This document shows positions 60,859 to 64,000 of a stretch of 64,000 nt of DNA, piece after piece (position 1 is the first letter of the stretch; each line of letters opens with the position of its first letter). This DNA is from an uncultured Actinomycetota bacterium (lineage in GTDB: Bacteria > Actinomycetota > Actinomycetes > Actinomycetales > CAVURS01), in NCBI GenBank assembly GCA_963834425.1, contig CAWIBR010000011.1, forward strand, positions 3,308 to 67,307. Direction: 5' to 3'. Under the pieces are notes generated by a model. The model did no database searches. It was not told the DNA's origin and saw only the letters and a list, made by a program, of their open reading frames with translations. Position numbers and translations under genes: made by a program.

Positions 60859-61482
60859 ATGCCCGCTGTGCAGAACCGGTTGACCCCCAAGGGGCTCGCG
60901 ACCCGACGGCGCATCGTCGAGGCGGCCGCGGACCTGATGTTCGTCAAGGGGGTGGCCGGCACGACCCTGGATGACGTCCGCGATTCCGCCGGAGTGAGCA
61001 GCGGGCAGATCTACCACTACTTCGCTGACAAGGACGAGCTGGTGTTGGCCGTCATCGACTTCCAGAACGATGCCGTCGTCTCCGAACAGGAGAACGCGTT
61101 CGCTCGCTTGGACAGCGTGGCCGCTCTGCGCGCGTGGCGAGACCAGGTGGTCGCGCACCAGACCCGAATCGCCTGCCAGGGCGGCTGTCCCATCGGCGCG
61201 CTGGGCAGCCAGCTCGGCGAGCTTGACCACGACGCGCGTGACGGCGTCGCCGCCGGCTTCCACCGTTGGCAGGCCGCGATCCGCCACGGCTTCTCCGCCA
61301 TGCTGGACAACGGGACCCTGCCGCCCGGCACGGACGTCGAGACCCTGGCGACGGCGATGTTGGCGTCACTCCAGGGCGGCCTCCTGCTCGGCCAAATGCA
61401 CCGCAGCACAACGCCGTTGGCCGCCGCCATGGACACGATGATCGACCACGTCGCAACCTTGGCCGAGGGGTCGACTGCCTGA
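60859..61482 (+). CDS. TetR family regulator (NemR-like)
   Basis: GVAGTTLDDV...GVSSGQIYHYF.DKDEL HTH; GGCPIG motif. Confidence 0.92.
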   Translation: MPAVQNRLTPKGLATRRRIVEAAADLMFVKGVAGTTLDDVRDSAGVSSGQIYHYFADKDELVLAVIDFQNDAVVSEQENAFARLDSVAALRAWRDQVVAHQTRIACQGGCPIGALGSQLGELDHDARDGVAAGFHRWQAAIRHGFSAMLDNGTLPPGTDVETLATAMLASLQGGLLLGQMHRSTTPLAAAMDTMIDHVATLAEGSTA

Positions 61483-61509
61483 TCCTGGGCAGTTCTACGG
61501 GGGAGGCTG

Positions 61510-62391
61510 CTAGCGACTGATGGTTGCCTCGGTGTCGATGCGGCCGAGCTTCGCGGGGTTGCGGACGGCGTAGATGCGACTGATCCGGCCCTCGTCGATC
61601 ACGAAGCTGATCGCCGTGTCGAACCCGTCGTCGGTGCCCACGATCCGGGCTCCGGCCGCGCCGTTCAGCAGCATGGGCAGGATCTGCGCGCCCGGCGCGA
61701 GCTGGGTGAACGGTCGCAGCAGGTTGGCGACCTTCTTGGCGCCCAGGACGGGGTTGATGACGGCCTGCGCGACACCGCCCCCGTCGGCGATGAGGACGAC
61801 GTCGGGCGCGAGGACGTCGAGCAGTCCCTGCAGGTCGCCCTGGGTCACGGCGGCCAAGAACTGCTCGACAACCTCCTGCTGCTCGGTGCGGCTGACGTCC
61901 ATCCGAGGCCGGCGCGCCGCGACGTGATCCCGCGCTCGATGTCCAATCTGCCGCGTCGCGCTGGCGGACTTTCCGATCACCTCGGCGATCTCGCCGTACG
62001 GCGTCTCGAACACCTCGCGGAGCACGAAGACCGCTCGCTCGATGGGGGTGAGCGTCTCCAGGACAGTGAGCATGGCGATCGAAACGCTCTCGGCGAGCTC
62101 GACATCGTCGGCCACGTCCGGTGTGGTCAGCAGCGGCTCCGGCAACCACTCACCGACGTACTCCTCACGACGGCGGGCGTTCGAGCGCAACCGGTCCAGC
62201 GCCTTGCGGGTCACCATCCGCACCACGTACGCCCGCGGGTCGCGAACCTCGGCGCGCGCGGCCGGCCCGATCGCGTCCCACCGCAGCCAGGTGTCTTGCA
62301 CGACATCCTCGGCGTCGGTGGCCGAGCCGAGCATCTCGTAGGCCACGGTGAACAGAAGTCCGCGGTGAGCGACGAACGGGTCCTGCGTCAC
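61510..62391 (-). CDS. ECF41/SigJ-type sigma factor with SnoaL-like C-terminal extension
   Basis: VAYEMLGS..DAED, YVGEWLPEP, DGGG and RNPAKL motifs. Confidence 0.92.
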   Translation of the reverse strand: MTQDPFVAHRGLLFTVAYEMLGSATDAEDVVQDTWLRWDAIGPAARAEVRDPRAYVVRMVTRKALDRLRSNARRREEYVGEWLPEPLLTTPDVADDVELAESVSIAMLTVLETLTPIERAVFVLREVFETPYGEIAEVIGKSASATRQIGHRARDHVAARRPRMDVSRTEQQEVVEQFLAAVTQGDLQGLLDVLAPDVVLIADGGGVAQAVINPVLGAKKVANLLRPFTQLAPGAQILPMLLNGAAGARIVGTDDGFDTAISFVIDEGRISRIYAVRNPAKLGRIDTEATISR

Positions 62392-62978
62392 GTCGACGAC
62401 GATACGGCGGCGGGCCGGGCCAGCGGCTTGAGTCCGCAGGCAGCCGCGAAACCGTCCGACTCGATGCCGAGCGCGACGTTGGGACGCGTTGTGAAGTTCG
62501 CAAACGCGATGATCGCCGTCAGCTCGACCAGTGCGGCGTCACCGAGCTGGGCGCGCAGCGAGGCCACCATCTCGTCGGTCACGGTCGGCTCGGTCACGGT
62601 CATCGCCTCGGCATAGGCCAATACCTCGAGCTCGAGCGGCGAGAACACGTCGGACTCACGCCATCGCGGGATCTCACGAGCCTTCGCCAGGTCGAGCTTC
62701 TTGTTGTGGGCTTCGAAGTAGTTGAAGTCCAGGCACCAACTGCAGCCGACCTGAGCGGCGACTGCCATGTGCGCGAACGACTTCAGCTGCTCGTCGCAGG
62801 CATTCCACTTCTGAACCTTGCCGCCGGCCCCAGCCATGCTCATGAGCACCTTCTGGTTGTGCCAGTAGACGCCGAGCGATGTCGGGACCTGGCCGAGGCT
62901 CTTCTTCGCGAACCGTTTGATCAGCATGCCCTTGAAGCCGGTGATTTCAGCGGCCGGGATGCGCGTCGCGCCGGTCAT
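62388..62978 (-). CDS. Carboxymuconolactone decarboxylase/AhpD family protein
   Basis: GCSWCLD (CxxC), WRES..F and LVELT..IA..N motifs; a typical ECF41 neighbour. Confidence 0.87.
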   Translation of the reverse strand: MTGATRIPAAEITGFKGMLIKRFAKKSLGQVPTSLGVYWHNQKVLMSMAGAGGKVQKWNACDEQLKSFAHMAVAAQVGCSWCLDFNYFEAHNKKLDLAKAREIPRWRESDVFSPLELEVLAYAEAMTVTEPTVTDEMVASLRAQLGDAALVELTAIIAFANFTTRPNVALGIESDGFAAACGLKPLARPAAVSSST

Positions 62979-63009
62979 GTCGTCCTCCTCTGTGAGTGAT
63001 CGACATCCA

Positions 63010-63036
63010 GACGCCGGCCGGCCCCGGGATGTGACA
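63010..63036 (-). promoter_or_regulatory. ECF41-type promoter
   Basis: The minus strand reads TGTCACA-N16-CGTC, matching the ECF41 consensus, upstream of the CMD-ECF41 pair. Confidence 0.85.
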
Positions 63037-63104
63037 CTCACCGGCCGACCGATCCGGCCGACACGCAGGGGTACGACGTGAACCGGCCGACACGTCTGGG
63101 CTGT

Positions 63105-63653
63105 TTAGAACACGTAGGGGACGAGCATCTTGCTGGAGCGCTTGTACGCCGGGTAGGTGTCGGGGAAGTGCTCGGCCAGGTAGTGCTCCTCGACGGTCGC
63201 GCTGTAGATGAAATAGATCGCGGCCAGGACGACGACGAGCAGCCAGGTCCAGTCGAGTGCGATGGCGGTGCCGACGGTGGCGAGCAGGATGCCGGAGTAG
63301 ATCGGGTGGCGCACGAGGCGATAGGGGCCGCTCGTCACCAGGTCGGGAGTGTCTCGTTCGGTCATCGGCATGCCCCAGTTGCGGCCGAGGACTCGCCTGG
63401 CCCAGACCGCGAACCCCAAGCCCACGGCCAGCAGGACGAGGCCGATCGCGGCTCGCCACGGGGCCGTGGTGAGACCGCTGTCCCGAAAGGCGCCCAGGCG
63501 AATGAGCAGGACCACGATGGCGGCGATCACCACCCTGATGCCCACCTCGCGAGACCAGGCGACCCGACCTCGCTTCATCGAGAACGCGGCCACGATCCAG
63601 TACGCCCAGAAGGCGGCCCAGACGACCGCGAAGACGAGTTCGACAACCCGCAT
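63105..63653 (-). CDS. Isoprenylcysteine carboxyl methyltransferase family membrane protein
   Basis: LG.NW, LVTSGPY.LVRHPIYSG and EE.YL...F...Y..YK motifs. Confidence 0.88.
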   Translation of the reverse strand: MRVVELVFAVVWAAFWAYWIVAAFSMKRGRVAWSREVGIRVVIAAIVVLLIRLGAFRDSGLTTAPWRAAIGLVLLAVGLGFAVWARRVLGRNWGMPMTERDTPDLVTSGPYRLVRHPIYSGILLATVGTAIALDWTWLLVVVLAAIYFIYSATVEEHYLAEHFPDTYPAYKRSSKMLVPYVF

Positions 63654-63726
63654 GACCGCAGCGTGGCACAGCCGCCGCGATAGACAGCGCAAGGCTGAAC
63701 GTCGCGGGCCCCGGTCTCCTGTGGCG

Positions 63727-64000
63727 TCAGCGGCAGGCGTGTCCCGAGCTGCAGCGATGGACCACCTGGAAGGTCCTGGTGACCGTGCGCCCGGCGAACT
63801 GCCCGGTGGCCTTGACGGTCCTGGGGCCCCACGAGCTGTGCACGTTGAAGGTCACCGTGTAGACGCCGTGGCTGTTCGCATGGGCGCCGGTCCGGGAGAT
63901 CCGCCGGCCTTGGTAGGTGACCGTGACCCGCTCCCCGGCCACGAGGCCGCGGACGGTGACCTTCTGGCTGTCGGACGCACGAACCGCCGCGTGGGCCAGG
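63727..64000 (-). CDS. C-terminal part of a probable secreted protein (partial)
   Basis: Frame open to the window edge; beta-rich segment VTVRGLVAGERVTVTY...GVYTVTF.V. Confidence 0.5.
   Translation of the reverse strand, partial: LAHAAVRASDSQKVTVRGLVAGERVTVTYQGRRISRTGAHANSHGVYTVTFNVHSSWGPRTVKATGQFAGRTVTRTFQVVHRCSSGHACR

Noticed and set aside
1-64000. CRISPR arrays, tRNA/rRNA, riboswitches, prophage or IS elements
   Set aside because: No regularly spaced repeats, cloverleafs, integrase or transposase seen by eye; a cmscan/Rfam search would be needed to exclude small RNAs.

Overview
High-GC, gene-dense actinobacterial-type chromosomal segment with about 60 CDS. I found no rRNA, tRNA, CRISPR array, integrase or IS transposase. 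Single-base frameshifts split many otherwise intact genes (worst at 35.2-35.5 kb and 39.5-44 kb), most likely long-read or assembly indel errors. Family assignments are from motif recognition, not database searches. Four loci stand out. (1) 18.5-26.8 kb: a divergent amine-utilisation locus built on a TdnQ/AtdA1-like glutamine-synthetase-family ligase, with an EgtC-like Ntn amidohydrolase, PLP aminotransferase, SDR, cupin, lactonase, Dabb protein, APC permease and Lrp regulator, but no Rieske dioxygenase. (2) 42-47.6 kb: a tightly coupled run of Anbu (proteasome-type protease), glutaminase-STAS, MFS and MOSC/FAD/2Fe-2S genes, without the usual Anbu partners. (3) 50.4-57.8 kb: a PTPS-IV/RibA/RibD/GT4/flippase cluster divergent from a fused CDP-alcohol phosphotransferase + sulfatase-fold gene, suggesting a GTP-derived lipid-linked surface modification. 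(4) 5.3-9.4 kb: an ECF locus with a shared upstream motif, interrupted by a DUF222-HNH gene. Several palindromic operators and an exact ECF41 promoter are directly visible.
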